A stretch of DNA of 49,809 bases from an uncultured Roseivirgaceae bacterium (GCA_964524405.1 CAZGDC010000001.1:1-49809); one strand, 5' to 3'. Counted from the first letter of the stretch, positions 1-9,644 are shown. Numbers and translations: made by a program. The notes: generated by a model not told the origin, from the sequence alone.

Positions 1-161
1 AAAACCCCAATTCTGCCATTGGGTTCTTTGGCGATATTAGTATGAATTATACAGGACTGCTATTCTATGGAAAATATTATTTGTAATAATCTATCAACCT
101 TTATATAAATAAACTAGAGCCATCGGAGTATTAGTTGGAGCTTGCTTTGCAAACAATCTTG

Positions 162-184
162 TTTCCGACCCAAAGGGTCGGAAA
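162..184. other. GC-cored hairpin (tttccgaccc-aaa-gggtcggaaa) downstream of the SulP gene; possible terminator but no clear U-tract
   Basis: Perfect 10-bp inverted repeat with a 3-nt loop seen in the sequence. No T-run follows it on either strand. Confidence 0.3.
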
Positions 185-219
185 ATTAAACCAAATGGGC
201 TATCGCCCTGCGATTAAAA

Positions 220-1800
220 TTACTCTACAATACCCATAGTTTCAGTAACCACATGATATCTAGGGTCATCAATAGTAGATATAATTGATTTTTCAACATC
301 GGGGTTTGCCTTTATTAAAATACCTTTACAATCGGGACTTAAATGTTTAAGACGAACACATTTACCTGCTTTTCGATACTTAGAAATTAAATTCTCAATA
401 GCTTCTACTCCTGAATGGTCTGACACCCTCGAATCTATAAAATCAATTTCTATGTTTTTAGGGTCTTCGTAAGGTGTAAATTTAGAGCTAAACTCTTGAA
501 TAGATCCAAAAAATAATGGCCCCCAAATTTCATATACTTTGGTACCATCCTCTTTAAAAGATTTTCGTGCTCTAATTTTTGTCGCATTTTGCCAAGCAAA
601 AACTAAGGAAGATATAATAACACCACTAATTACAGCTATGGCTAAATCAAAAAACACCGTAATACCTGAAACCAAAATAAGTACAAACGCATCCGCTTTA
701 GGTATTTTGCCAATAATACGAAAACTAGACCATGCAAATGTGCCAATTACTACCATAAACATTACACCAACTAGCGCAGCTATGGGTACTTGCTCGATAT
801 AAGGAGAGAGGAATAGAATAAATGATAATAGCATTAAAGCAGCAACTATCCCTGAGAGCCTCCCTCTACCCCCCGATTCTACATTAATCATAGATTGGCC
901 AATCATGGCACAGCCGCCCATGCCACCAAAAAAACCATTGATAATATTGGCTCCTCCTTGGGCTACACACTCGCGGTTACCACTGCCTCTAGTTTCAGTT
1001 AATTCATCAATTAAGGTTAAGGTCATTAACGATTCTATAAGCCCAATAGCTGCTAAAATAGCCGCATAAGGCAATATAAAAAGAAAATTTGCCATGGTAA
1101 AAGACACTTGCGGAATAAGAAAAGTAGGCAAGCTTCCTTTAATACCCTCCCCCCCATTTGATTGCACAAATGATAAAACCGTAGGTGTATCAAATCCAGA
1201 AAAAACTACAACAAAGGTTACCGTAAGAATAGCCACCAACCCCGCAGGTATTTTTGAAGTTAGCTTAGGTAAGCCAAACATAATTGCCATCGTTAATAAA
1301 ACAAGACCCAGCATGGTCCATAGTTCGTTGCCTAAAATCCAATTTCCTTCTACCTTAAACATACCTAATTGCGATATAAATATGACAATGGCCAAGCCAT
1401 TTACAAAACCAAGCATTACTGGGTGAGGAATCAAGCGAACGAATTTACCCAACTTTAAAAATCCAGCTGCCATTTGAATAAGCCCCATTAACACCAAGGT
1501 GGCAAAAAGGTATTGAATACCCGCATCTCCTACTTCGGGCATCATCGCATTTCCTTCTTTTACCAAGGCCACCATTACAACTGCCAAAGCGCCTGTTGCT
1601 CCCGAAATCATACCTGGTCGGCCACCAAAAATGGAAGTTACCAAACCCACCATAAAAGCACCATAAAGTCCAATAATAGGATCAATGCCTGCCACAAAAG
1701 CAAAAGCAACCGCTTCTGGAACCAAGGCTAACGAAACAGTGATACCCGAAAGAATATCATTTTTAACATTTTTTGTTTTCTTTTTAAAGAAGTCAATCAT
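220..1800 (-). CDS. SulP-family anion permease with C-terminal STAS domain
   Basis: 526 aa with many TM helices. N-terminus (ILSGITVSLALVPEAVAFAFVAG) and a soluble C-terminal STAS-like tail (YEIWGPLFFGS...DFIDSRVSDHSGVEAIENL) are typical of SulP/STAS. Confidence 0.9.
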   Translation of the reverse strand: MIDFFKKKTKNVKNDILSGITVSLALVPEAVAFAFVAGIDPIIGLYGAFMVGLVTSIFGGRPGMISGATGALAVVMVALVKEGNAMMPEVGDAGIQYLFATLVLMGLIQMAAGFLKLGKFVRLIPHPVMLGFVNGLAIVIFISQLGMFKVEGNWILGNELWTMLGLVLLTMAIMFGLPKLTSKIPAGLVAILTVTFVVVFSGFDTPTVLSFVQSNGGEGIKGSLPTFLIPQVSFTMANFLFILPYAAILAAIGLIESLMTLTLIDELTETRGSGNRECVAQGGANIINGFFGGMGGCAMIGQSMINVESGGRGRLSGIVAALMLLSFILFLSPYIEQVPIAALVGVMFMVVIGTFAWSSFRIIGKIPKADAFVLILVSGITVFFDLAIAVISGVIISSLVFAWQNATKIRARKSFKEDGTKVYEIWGPLFFGSIQEFSSKFTPYEDPKNIEIDFIDSRVSDHSGVEAIENLISKYRKAGKCVRLKHLSPDCKGILIKANPDVEKSIISTIDDPRYHVVTETMGIVE

Positions 1801-2194
1801 AAATAACAGGGGTGGTTTTTAAAAGGCAGCAAAGGTAACTTTATAAATGATTAGCACATAGTTTTTTATAAAATGCTACTATATTAATGTACATTCGGAT
1901 GTAACTTTTTGTATAAAAATTTGGGGCATTTGGTTGAAAATAAGCTCTTTATAAACATGTATTAATTTTAGGTGAATAATGCGGGTTAATGCACCTGCTC
2001 CGCTATCTAAGCGTGTATCCTTAATTTTAGAAAAATTACGCCAAGACCCTACACTTTTTTAAAAGTACACCTATCAATAATATTTGCATTTTTTTAAAGG
2101 TATTATTAAAATTTTATATCAAACTTAGGCTATTAATTTCCTTCTTTCATTAGAATTATAGAACTTAGCATCTTCATTCTAAAAAAATACAGTT

Positions 2195-2302
2195 ATGGCC
2201 ATGTTATATTTAGTTCTATTCTTATTTGTTTTGGCAATTGTATCGCCATGGGTTTTTCCCAATAAGGTAGTTAGCAATCATAAAAAAGACCTTGATCATT
2301 AA
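2195..2302 (+). CDS. Candidate unannotated 35-aa hydrophobic peptide (MAMLYLVLFLFVLAIVSPWVFPNKVVSNHKKDLDH)
   Basis: ATG-to-TAA ORF below the ORF-track size cutoff. It has one predicted TM helix and a charged tail, lies in a 0.7-kb intergenic region and is followed by a strong terminator. There is no homology evidence. Confidence 0.2.
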   Translation: MAMLYLVLFLFVLAIVSPWVFPNKVVSNHKKDLDH

Positions 2303-2385
2303 CTTAATCAATGAATAACTGTAAAGAAATAACTAATACATGTTAGCTCATTCTTTACAATTTACAGGTCTATTACAGGTTTAAT

Positions 2386-2423
2386 AAAAAATAGCTGAGC
2401 AAAAATTGCTCAGCTATTTTTTA
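2386..2423. terminator. Bidirectional rho-independent terminator
   Basis: Perfect 11-bp stem (atagctgagca / tgctcagctat) with a 5-nt loop, an A5 run upstream and a T6 run downstream. Confidence 0.7.
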
Positions 2424-2494
2424 TTAATTTCTTGTTTCAACATAAGAAAATAAAGCTGTAGTATTTTTTAATTTGATTGTTTGTAAGTTTAAGG

Positions 2495-4951
2495 ATGAAA
2501 TCATCAATTTTCAAACAGCTCTTTATATTAAGTAGCCTACTGCTAGCTTCGCAATTATCTAACGCTCAAACAAATGCTCCCTACTCAGCCTTTGTTGAAA
2601 AAATGGATGCCAATACAGGTTTTTTTACCTTTTATTATGAGGAAGATAGCGATGAGATTTTTTTGGAAATTGATAAGCTAAACACAGAATTTCTTTACGT
2701 AAATTCGTTAGCCACAGGTATTGGCTCTAATGATATTGGGCTTGATAGAGGGCAATTAGGAGGTGAACGAATCGTTAAATTTATAAAAGCAGGATCCAAG
2801 CTTTTATTAGCACAACCTAACTTAGATTTTCGTGCCGTTTCTAATAATACCTATGAAAAAGAATCTGTTGAGCAAGCTTTTGCCTATTCTGTATTATGGG
2901 GATTTAAAATTATAAAAGAAGAAAAAGGCAAGTACTTAGTAAATGCCACAGATTTTTTAATGCGCGATGCACATAATGTAAGTGGCACGCTTAAACGAAA
3001 AAAGCAAGGAAGTTATAAAATAGATAAAAGCCGATCGGCTTTATACCAAAAAAGAACAAAATCTTTTCCTAAAAATACAGAGTTTGAAGCAACCTTAACC
3101 TTTATAGGAAACCCCGAAGGCTATAATATTAGGAGTGTAACTCCAAGCCCAACAGCAATTACGGTTAGGCAACATCATAGTTTTATACAATTGCCAGATA
3201 GTAAGTATAAGCCTAGAAGTTTTGACCCTAGAGCAGGATACTTTCCCCTTTCGTATCAAGATTATGCCACCCCAATAGATGAACCTTTAATTAAACGATT
3301 AATTACGAGGCATCGCTTAGAAAAAAAGAACCCAAATGCAACGCTAAGCGAAGCCATAGAGCCCATTGTGTATTATTTAGATCGAGGAGCTCCCGAACCC
3401 ATACAATCTGCATTAATGGACGGTGCTCGTTGGTGGAACCAAGCATTTGAAGCTGCGGGATATAAAAACGCATTTAAAGTGGAACTACTCCCCAAGGATG
3501 CCGACCCCATGGATGTTCGTTATAACTTAATTCAATGGGTGCATCGCTCCACCCGTGGGTGGTCGTATGGGGGCAGTATTATCGACCCTCGTACAGGAGA
3601 AATTATTAAAGGCCATGTAAGTTTGGGCTCTTTAAGGGTGCGCCAAGATTTTTTAATTGCCACTGGGCTGTTAAGCCCATACGAAGAAGGTGGAGGCTCA
3701 GATACCATGAAAAAAATGGCATTGGCTCGATTACGACAATTGGCAGCTCACGAAGTGGGCCATACCCTTGGGCTAGCACATAATTACACCGCCAGTATGG
3801 ATGGGCGAGCTTCAGTTATGGATTACCCTCATCCTAAAGTGGATATTGTGGATGGAAAATTAAGCTTAGTTAATGCGTACGATGATAAAATAGGTGCTTG
3901 GGATAAGGTAGCCATTGCCTATGGTTATCAAGATTTTGCCAAAGGGGTGGATAAAGAAAAGGCACTGAATAATTTATTATTAGATGCTTATCAAAACCAA
4001 AAACTTTCATTTTTATCCGATCAAGATGCCAGACCTCAGAGCAGTGCCAACCCAAGAGCGCATTTGTGGGATAATGGGAGCAATGCAGCTAAAGAGTTAG
4101 AACATGTATTAAATGTTCGAGAAATTGCCTTACAAAATATGGGTATAAACACCATTAAAAATGGGCGACCATTGGCAGAAATTGAAGAGGCATTAGCGCC
4201 TATTTATTTTTTTCATCGGTACCAAACCGAAGCAGCTATTAAAATAATTGGTGGCCTACATTATACCTATGCGGTAAAAGGCGATGGGCAAATTCCCACG
4301 CAGTTAGTTACACCAGAAGAACAAAGAGAAGCACTCGAAGCTGTATTACGAACGTTAAATTCAAAAGAATTAACGATTCCTGAAAGATTACTAACCTCTA
4401 TCCCTCCACAACCCTTGGGGTATTACCGTACTCGGGAAAACATCAGGAGTAAAACAGGATTAACGATGGATCCCATAAGTGCAGCCGAATCATCTGCAGA
4501 AATGACGGTTTCATTATTGCTTAACCCAGCACGAGCCAACCGGCTCGTTGAGCACCACGCAAGATATAAAGCACAACCAAGCTTAGACTATGTATTGAAT
4601 CAACTCATTGAAAACACTATTTGGGCTGATAGAAAAAATGGACTCCCATTGGAAGTGCAGCATGTGGTATCTAACATAGTACTTGACCAGTTAATGCAGT
4701 TATCTGTAAGTGCTACAGCGCATACTCAAACAAAATCTATTGTGTTTGTAACACTTTTAAACTTACATACCGCTTTTAATAAATCAATAAACACGGAAAA
4801 ATCGTTGGCAGAAAAAGCATTTTTATCATACAGCGCTAATTTATTAAACAGGTATTTTAAGGAACCTAATAAATATGAAAACGTTATTACCTTAGACTTG
4901 CCTGATGGTTCTCCTATCGGCTCAAATCTTAATTGTGACATGAATGACTAA
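2495..4951 (+). CDS. Secreted zinc metalloprotease (met-zincin, HExxHxxGxxH)
   Basis: HEVGHTLGLAHN zincin motif and a signal peptide (MKSSIFKQLFILSSLLLASQLSNAQ). The ORF track starts at a TTG at 2477; the first ATG at 2495 precedes the signal peptide. Confidence 0.85.
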   Translation: MKSSIFKQLFILSSLLLASQLSNAQTNAPYSAFVEKMDANTGFFTFYYEEDSDEIFLEIDKLNTEFLYVNSLATGIGSNDIGLDRGQLGGERIVKFIKAGSKLLLAQPNLDFRAVSNNTYEKESVEQAFAYSVLWGFKIIKEEKGKYLVNATDFLMRDAHNVSGTLKRKKQGSYKIDKSRSALYQKRTKSFPKNTEFEATLTFIGNPEGYNIRSVTPSPTAITVRQHHSFIQLPDSKYKPRSFDPRAGYFPLSYQDYATPIDEPLIKRLITRHRLEKKNPNATLSEAIEPIVYYLDRGAPEPIQSALMDGARWWNQAFEAAGYKNAFKVELLPKDADPMDVRYNLIQWVHRSTRGWSYGGSIIDPRTGEIIKGHVSLGSLRVRQDFLIATGLLSPYEEGGGSDTMKKMALARLRQLAAHEVGHTLGLAHNYTASMDGRASVMDYPHPKVDIVDGKLSLVNAYDDKIGAWDKVAIAYGYQDFAKGVDKEKALNNLLLDAYQNQKLSFLSDQDARPQSSANPRAHLWDNGSNAAKELEHVLNVREIALQNMGINTIKNGRPLAEIEEALAPIYFFHRYQTEAAIKIIGGLHYTYAVKGDGQIPTQLVTPEEQREALEAVLRTLNSKELTIPERLLTSIPPQPLGYYRTRENIRSKTGLTMDPISAAESSAEMTVSLLLNPARANRLVEHHARYKAQPSLDYVLNQLIENTIWADRKNGLPLEVQHVVSNIVLDQLMQLSVSATAHTQTKSIVFVTLLNLHTAFNKSINTEKSLAEKAFLSYSANLLNRYFKEPNKYENVITLDLPDGSPIGSNLNCDMND

Positions 4952-5618
4952 ATGGATTACTCTCTTTGTATTGGGCTTTAATAGCCTTGTTGCTCAATCT
5001 ATTAGTTTTACTGGAGATGATAAAAATCCTATTCAAATAACAGAGGAAGGCATCTTACTAAACCCGACACATTCGCATCAGTATGTAACTGATAAATGGG
5101 CAACAGGCACCTTGTTTTATCTAAATAACACCTCTAAACCGTACGATAGTTTAAACTTTGAACGGCACTCGAACAGCTTAAAAGTGGTTGTAAATAACAA
5201 AAATTTAACTTTAATGCCAATGGGATTAAAGGGTGTTGTTATTAAAGAAAATGAGTCTTCAAATTATGTAATATTGGTAGTAAAGCTTAATAACAAAAGT
5301 AGGTTTGTTATTATTGAGAGTTACGGCACTTATTTATTGGGCTCTTACTTATTGGTAAATAAGCCACCAATCAATTACTCTAATGCTAATAACGAAATTT
5401 TGTTTACGGCTAAAAAAAATCCTAAGCTGGTAGTAAATGAAAAATTTATTGTTTTAAATAATGGTGTGTGGCAAGCATTTAAACTAAATAAACCAGCTAT
5501 TAGCAAATTGTTTAAAATAGATAAAAAGGAGCTTCAAAAGCAAGCTTCTGCAAATAACATTTCTACAGATAATCGAAATGGCTTAGTCCAACTCTTTCAA
5601 TTAGTAAATATAAAATGA
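4944..5618 (+). CDS. Hypothetical secreted protein
   Basis: 224-aa ORF with an N-terminal signal-like segment (MTKWITLFVLGFNSLVAQS). It overlaps the upstream stop by 8 nt and the downstream start by 4 nt. No recognisable motif. Confidence 0.7.
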   Translation: MTKWITLFVLGFNSLVAQSISFTGDDKNPIQITEEGILLNPTHSHQYVTDKWATGTLFYLNNTSKPYDSLNFERHSNSLKVVVNNKNLTLMPMGLKGVVIKENESSNYVILVVKLNNKSRFVIIESYGTYLLGSYLLVNKPPINYSNANNEILFTAKKNPKLVVNEKFIVLNNGVWQAFKLNKPAISKLFKIDKKELQKQASANNISTDNRNGLVQLFQLVNIK

Positions 5619-5932
5619 TTATTAAACTATTTTCATCCGAAATAGAAGCCACAAAAGAAGTGCCTTTAGGTACAATAAGAAAATTGGTTATAAAAGACAA
5701 ACCCTATTTATTAATTCATTCAACCAAAGGATTTTCCGTAGCAGATGAATTATGCCCACATCAGCACGAATCATTAAGCATGGCTAAGCTGAATAATTTT
5801 AATGAAATAATTTGTCCTTTGCACGAATATCGATTTAACTTAAAAACAGGAGCAGAGTCGTCTAATAGGTGCAGCCACCTTGCCCTTTATCAAATAGATA
5901 TTAAATCAGATGGGCTATACATAGAGATTTAA
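5615..5932 (+). CDS. Small Rieske [2Fe-2S] domain protein
   Basis: CPH-x(17)-CPLH cluster-ligand motifs (CPHQHESL ... CPLHEYRF), 105 aa, ATGA overlap with the upstream gene. Confidence 0.8.
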   Translation: MIIKLFSSEIEATKEVPLGTIRKLVIKDKPYLLIHSTKGFSVADELCPHQHESLSMAKLNNFNEIICPLHEYRFNLKTGAESSNRCSHLALYQIDIKSDGLYIEI

Positions 5933-5977
5933 TAATTTGTAGTAAAAATAACCTGTGCCAGTAGAAATTTAGTCGAG

Positions 5978-5985
5978 TAACTTTG
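5978..5985 (+). promoter_or_regulatory. Bacteroidota -7 promoter box TAACTTTG
   Basis: Exact match to the TAnnTTTG consensus. It overlaps the TTG that opens the ORF-track ORF and lies 10 nt upstream of the GTG at 5995. Confidence 0.4.
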
Positions 5986-5994
5986 CCTTTTATC

Positions 5995-6537
5995 GTGAAA
6001 AAAATAATCATAGCCTCCAAAAATCCCGCAAAAATAAAAGCGGTTGAAAATGCATTTTCAAAAGTATTTTCTAATGAACGCTTTAATTACGAGGGTGTCA
6101 ACGTTCTTTCTGGTGTGCCCGCCCAGCCCATTGGGGAAGCTGAAACTCTGCTAGGAGCTGAAAATAGAGTTGAAAATGCAATGCAGAAATTTGAAGCCGA
6201 TTATTGGGTTGGGTTGGAAGGCGGAGTTGCACATAACAACAACCAATTAGAGGCTTTTGCTTGGATGGTAATTAAATCAAGAAAAATGTATGGCAAAGGA
6301 AGAACGGGATCCTTTTTTCTTCCACCTAAAGTAGCAGAGCTAGTACAAGAAGGCATGGAGCTTGGGCATGCCGATGATATAGTTTTTGGGCAATCAAACT
6401 CCAAACAAAAGGGAGGTGCCGTTGGGTTGCTTACCCATAATTTGTTAACGCGTACTACTTATTATGAGCAAGCACTTATATTAGCTTTAATCCCTTTTAT
6501 TAACCCTTCCTATTATAGCTTTTCCACAAATGCCTAA
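5995..6537 (+). CDS. yjjX: Inosine/xanthosine triphosphatase (non-canonical purine NTP phosphatase, YjjX family)
   Basis: N-terminus KKIIIASKNPAKIKAV..., SGVPAQPIGEAETLLGAENR and LTR..YYEQALILALIPF match the YjjX family throughout. GTG 5995 is preferred over TTG 5983 because of the promoter box. Confidence 0.85.
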   Translation: MKKIIIASKNPAKIKAVENAFSKVFSNERFNYEGVNVLSGVPAQPIGEAETLLGAENRVENAMQKFEADYWVGLEGGVAHNNNQLEAFAWMVIKSRKMYGKGRTGSFFLPPKVAELVQEGMELGHADDIVFGQSNSKQKGGAVGLLTHNLLTRTTYYEQALILALIPFINPSYYSFSTNA

Positions 6538-6616
6538 GGGAGAAAAGTTTAATTTTAAAGCAAGAAGTTGCTAGGAGATAAACCCACTATTTTTATTCTC
6601 CTTACCTTTAGCATCT

Positions 6617-9421
6617 ATGAGTAATCCTACAAAAAAACTATTTATATTAGATGCCTATGCATTAATTTTTAGAGCCCATTTTGCGTTTAGCAAAAACCCT
6701 AGAATAAATTCAAAGGGGCTAAATACAGGCATAATGATGGGTTTCACAAACTCAATGCTCGAAATTATAAATAAACAAAAACCCACACATATTGCCGTTG
6801 CTTTTGATACACCAAAGCCTACTTTTAGGCATATTCAGTACCCTGCCTATAAAGCGCATAGAGATGCCACACCCGAGGATATTAAAATTGGTGTGCCTTA
6901 TGTAAAACAAATTATAGAAGCATTTAACATACCAATTGTAGAAAAAGAGGGGTTCGAGGCAGATGATGTAATAGGAACCATTGCAAAACAGGCAGCCAAA
7001 GAAGGGTTTGAAGTATTTATGATGAGCCCCGACAAAGATTTTGCCCAATTAGTTGAAGAAAACATCTATTTATACAAACCTGCTTTTATGGGCAATGCCG
7101 TAGCCATTATGGGCATTGCTGAAGTATTAGAAAAATGGGATATAGAACGAATAGACCAAGTAAGAGATATTCTTGGTTTGCACGGAGATGCCTCTGATAA
7201 CATTCCTGGCATTCCTGGTGTGGGAGCCAAAACGGCAGTAAAATATTTAAAAGCTTATGGTAGTATAGAAGGATTACTTGAGCACGTGCACGAGCTTAAA
7301 GGCAAGGCCAAAGAAAACGTAGAAAAATTTGGAGCGCAAGGTTTATTGTCAAAAGATTTAGCCACCATTAGAATAGACGTGCCTGTTGATTTTTCGCTAA
7401 ATGCAATGGAATATACGGGGCCAAATGAAGAAAAAGTAAAAGCCCTTTTTGAAGATCTTGAATTTAAAACACTTATTAATCGCCTATTTGGAGAAAGCGC
7501 ACCATCTAAACCTGGAGGTTCATCCAAGCCGAGCAATATCCCCCAGTTATCTATGTTTGGAGGGGATCCTTCCACCGAAGATGATGGCAAAGTTGAACTA
7601 ATTGTGCCTAAAGAAACTATTGAAACCAAGGAACATAATTACCACATCATTCAATCAAAAGACGAAGCCAAATATTTGGTAGATTACCTTCTTTTACAAA
7701 AAGAATTTTGCTTTGATACCGAGACTACTAACATTAGTGCCGTAGAGGCCGAATTGGTAGGGCTATCGTTTAGCTATGTAACAGGTGAAGCTTATTATGT
7801 ACCTGTAAGTATCAATTTTGAGGAAGTAAAAGAGATGCTTGCCATTTTTGAACCGGCTTTTACACATGAATCCATACGTAAGATTGGGCAAAATTTAAAG
7901 TATGATATTCTTGTATTAAAAAAGTATGGCATTAAAGTTAAAGGTCCTTTGTTCGACACCATGCTTGCCCATTATTTAATCGATCCTGACTCTAAACATG
8001 GCATGGATGTGCTAGCTGAAAGGTTTTTAAATTACACCCCCATTTCTATAAAAACACTTATTGGAGGCCGAACTTTGCCAAAAACAATGCGCGATGTAGC
8101 ATTATCTAGCATATCGAAATATGCAGCCGAAGATGCAGATATTACCTTACAGTTAAAAAATAAAATAGAACCTCTTATTAAAGATCCTGATCTTATTAAG
8201 CTGCTAAATGAAGTGGAATTACCTTTGGTGCAAGTACTTGCCAATGTAGAATTTAATGGTGTTAAAATTGATGAAAAAGTTCTTAAAACCATGTCTGGTG
8301 AATTAGAAGAAGAATCTATTAAGGTTCGAGACCGAATTTATGAATTGGCAGGTGAAGAATTTAACATTGCCTCGCCTAAGCAATTAGGCATTATTTTATT
8401 CGAGAAGTTACAATTGGTTGAAAAACCAAAAAAAACAAAAACAGGACAATACGCCACGGGAGAAGAAATTTTATCAAGGCTCGAAAACCAACATGAAATA
8501 GCGCGAAAAATTCTTGAATTCAGAGAGCTTCAGAAGCTAAAATCAACTTATGTAGATGCGTTACCACAAATGGTAAGTAGCTATGATGGGCTTATTCATA
8601 CCAATTATAATCAAACCGTAGCGGCCACAGGCAGGCTAAGCTCACTAAATCCTAATTTGCAAAACATACCAATTAGAACTCCAAAAGGCAGAGAGATACG
8701 AAAAGCATTTATAGCAAGATCTAAAGATAACGTTCTTTTTTCTGCAGATTATAGCCAAATAGAACTGCGCATAATGGCCGCCTTTGCCAATGATGAGCAT
8801 ATGATTGAAGCATTTAAAAATGGCAGAGATATTCACACAACCACGGCAAGCAAAATATTTAAAATACCCTTAGAAGAAGTTACTAGTGAGATGAGAAGTA
8901 AAGCTAAATCTGCCAACTTCGGTATTATTTATGGCATTTCCGCTTTTGGCCTTTCTCAAAACATGAATATCCCCAGAAAAGAAGCTGCTGAAATAATAGA
9001 AAGCTACTTTACAGAGTTTCCGGCAATAAAATCTTATATGGATAAAGTGGTAAATGAGGCACGCGACAACGGATATGTTTCAACAATTTTAGGACGTAAA
9101 CGATATTTGCGAGATATTAACTCTAGGAATGCCGTAATGCGTGGGTTCGCAGAACGAAATGCCATTAACGCTCCCATTCAAGGAACCGCAGCTGATATTA
9201 TAAAAGTGGCCATGATTAATATTGATGCCTGGATGCAAAAAGAAAAGGTACAATCCAAAATGATTATGCAAGTGCATGATGAGCTGGTTTTTGATGTACC
9301 CAAAGAAGAAGTGCAATTAATGAAACTGAATATCGAAAAGCTAATGAAGGATGCGCTCCCCATTTCAGTACCTATGGAAGTAGGCATAGGCGTTGGAAAT
9401 AATTGGTTAGAAGCGCATTAA
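6617..9421 (+). CDS. polA: DNA polymerase I
   Basis: 934 aa with a 5'-nuclease domain (LHGDASDNIPGIPGVG), a 3'-5' exo domain and a pol domain (DYSQIELRIMA, QVHDELVF). Confidence 0.97.
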   Translation: MSNPTKKLFILDAYALIFRAHFAFSKNPRINSKGLNTGIMMGFTNSMLEIINKQKPTHIAVAFDTPKPTFRHIQYPAYKAHRDATPEDIKIGVPYVKQIIEAFNIPIVEKEGFEADDVIGTIAKQAAKEGFEVFMMSPDKDFAQLVEENIYLYKPAFMGNAVAIMGIAEVLEKWDIERIDQVRDILGLHGDASDNIPGIPGVGAKTAVKYLKAYGSIEGLLEHVHELKGKAKENVEKFGAQGLLSKDLATIRIDVPVDFSLNAMEYTGPNEEKVKALFEDLEFKTLINRLFGESAPSKPGGSSKPSNIPQLSMFGGDPSTEDDGKVELIVPKETIETKEHNYHIIQSKDEAKYLVDYLLLQKEFCFDTETTNISAVEAELVGLSFSYVTGEAYYVPVSINFEEVKEMLAIFEPAFTHESIRKIGQNLKYDILVLKKYGIKVKGPLFDTMLAHYLIDPDSKHGMDVLAERFLNYTPISIKTLIGGRTLPKTMRDVALSSISKYAAEDADITLQLKNKIEPLIKDPDLIKLLNEVELPLVQVLANVEFNGVKIDEKVLKTMSGELEEESIKVRDRIYELAGEEFNIASPKQLGIILFEKLQLVEKPKKTKTGQYATGEEILSRLENQHEIARKILEFRELQKLKSTYVDALPQMVSSYDGLIHTNYNQTVAATGRLSSLNPNLQNIPIRTPKGREIRKAFIARSKDNVLFSADYSQIELRIMAAFANDEHMIEAFKNGRDIHTTTASKIFKIPLEEVTSEMRSKAKSANFGIIYGISAFGLSQNMNIPRKEAAEIIESYFTEFPAIKSYMDKVVNEARDNGYVSTILGRKRYLRDINSRNAVMRGFAERNAINAPIQGTAADIIKVAMINIDAWMQKEKVQSKMIMQVHDELVFDVPKEEVQLMKLNIEKLMKDALPISVPMEVGIGVGNNWLEAH

Positions 9422-9644
9422 TAACATTACATCACGTTACATATTCAGCTAAATTTATGGCAATAATTGTGGTCAGCTAATAGTACCTATTGCCTAATTA
9501 GAAAGATAATAAAATAAAACCCAAAAAACATATAGAATAATCTAATATTAGTCTATATTAGCCCCGAATTAGGTAATCGTATGTGGTATTGCATACGATA
9601 CTACCACATACATTAAACACAATTTTTGATACGCAATTATAATT

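Noticed and set aside
1-86. Open frame running off the left edge (+ strand, ...FFGDISMNYTGLLFYGKYYL*), possibly the 3' end of a gene.
   Set aside because: Only 27 codons are visible, and neither identity nor coding status can be supported.
1971-2060. A slightly GC-richer patch in the long intergenic region that translates on the minus strand to ...SWRNFSKIKDTRLDSGAGALTRIIHLK..., possibly a gene remnant.
   Set aside because: There is no start codon, no recognisable motif and the stretch is short. I cannot distinguish it from chance.
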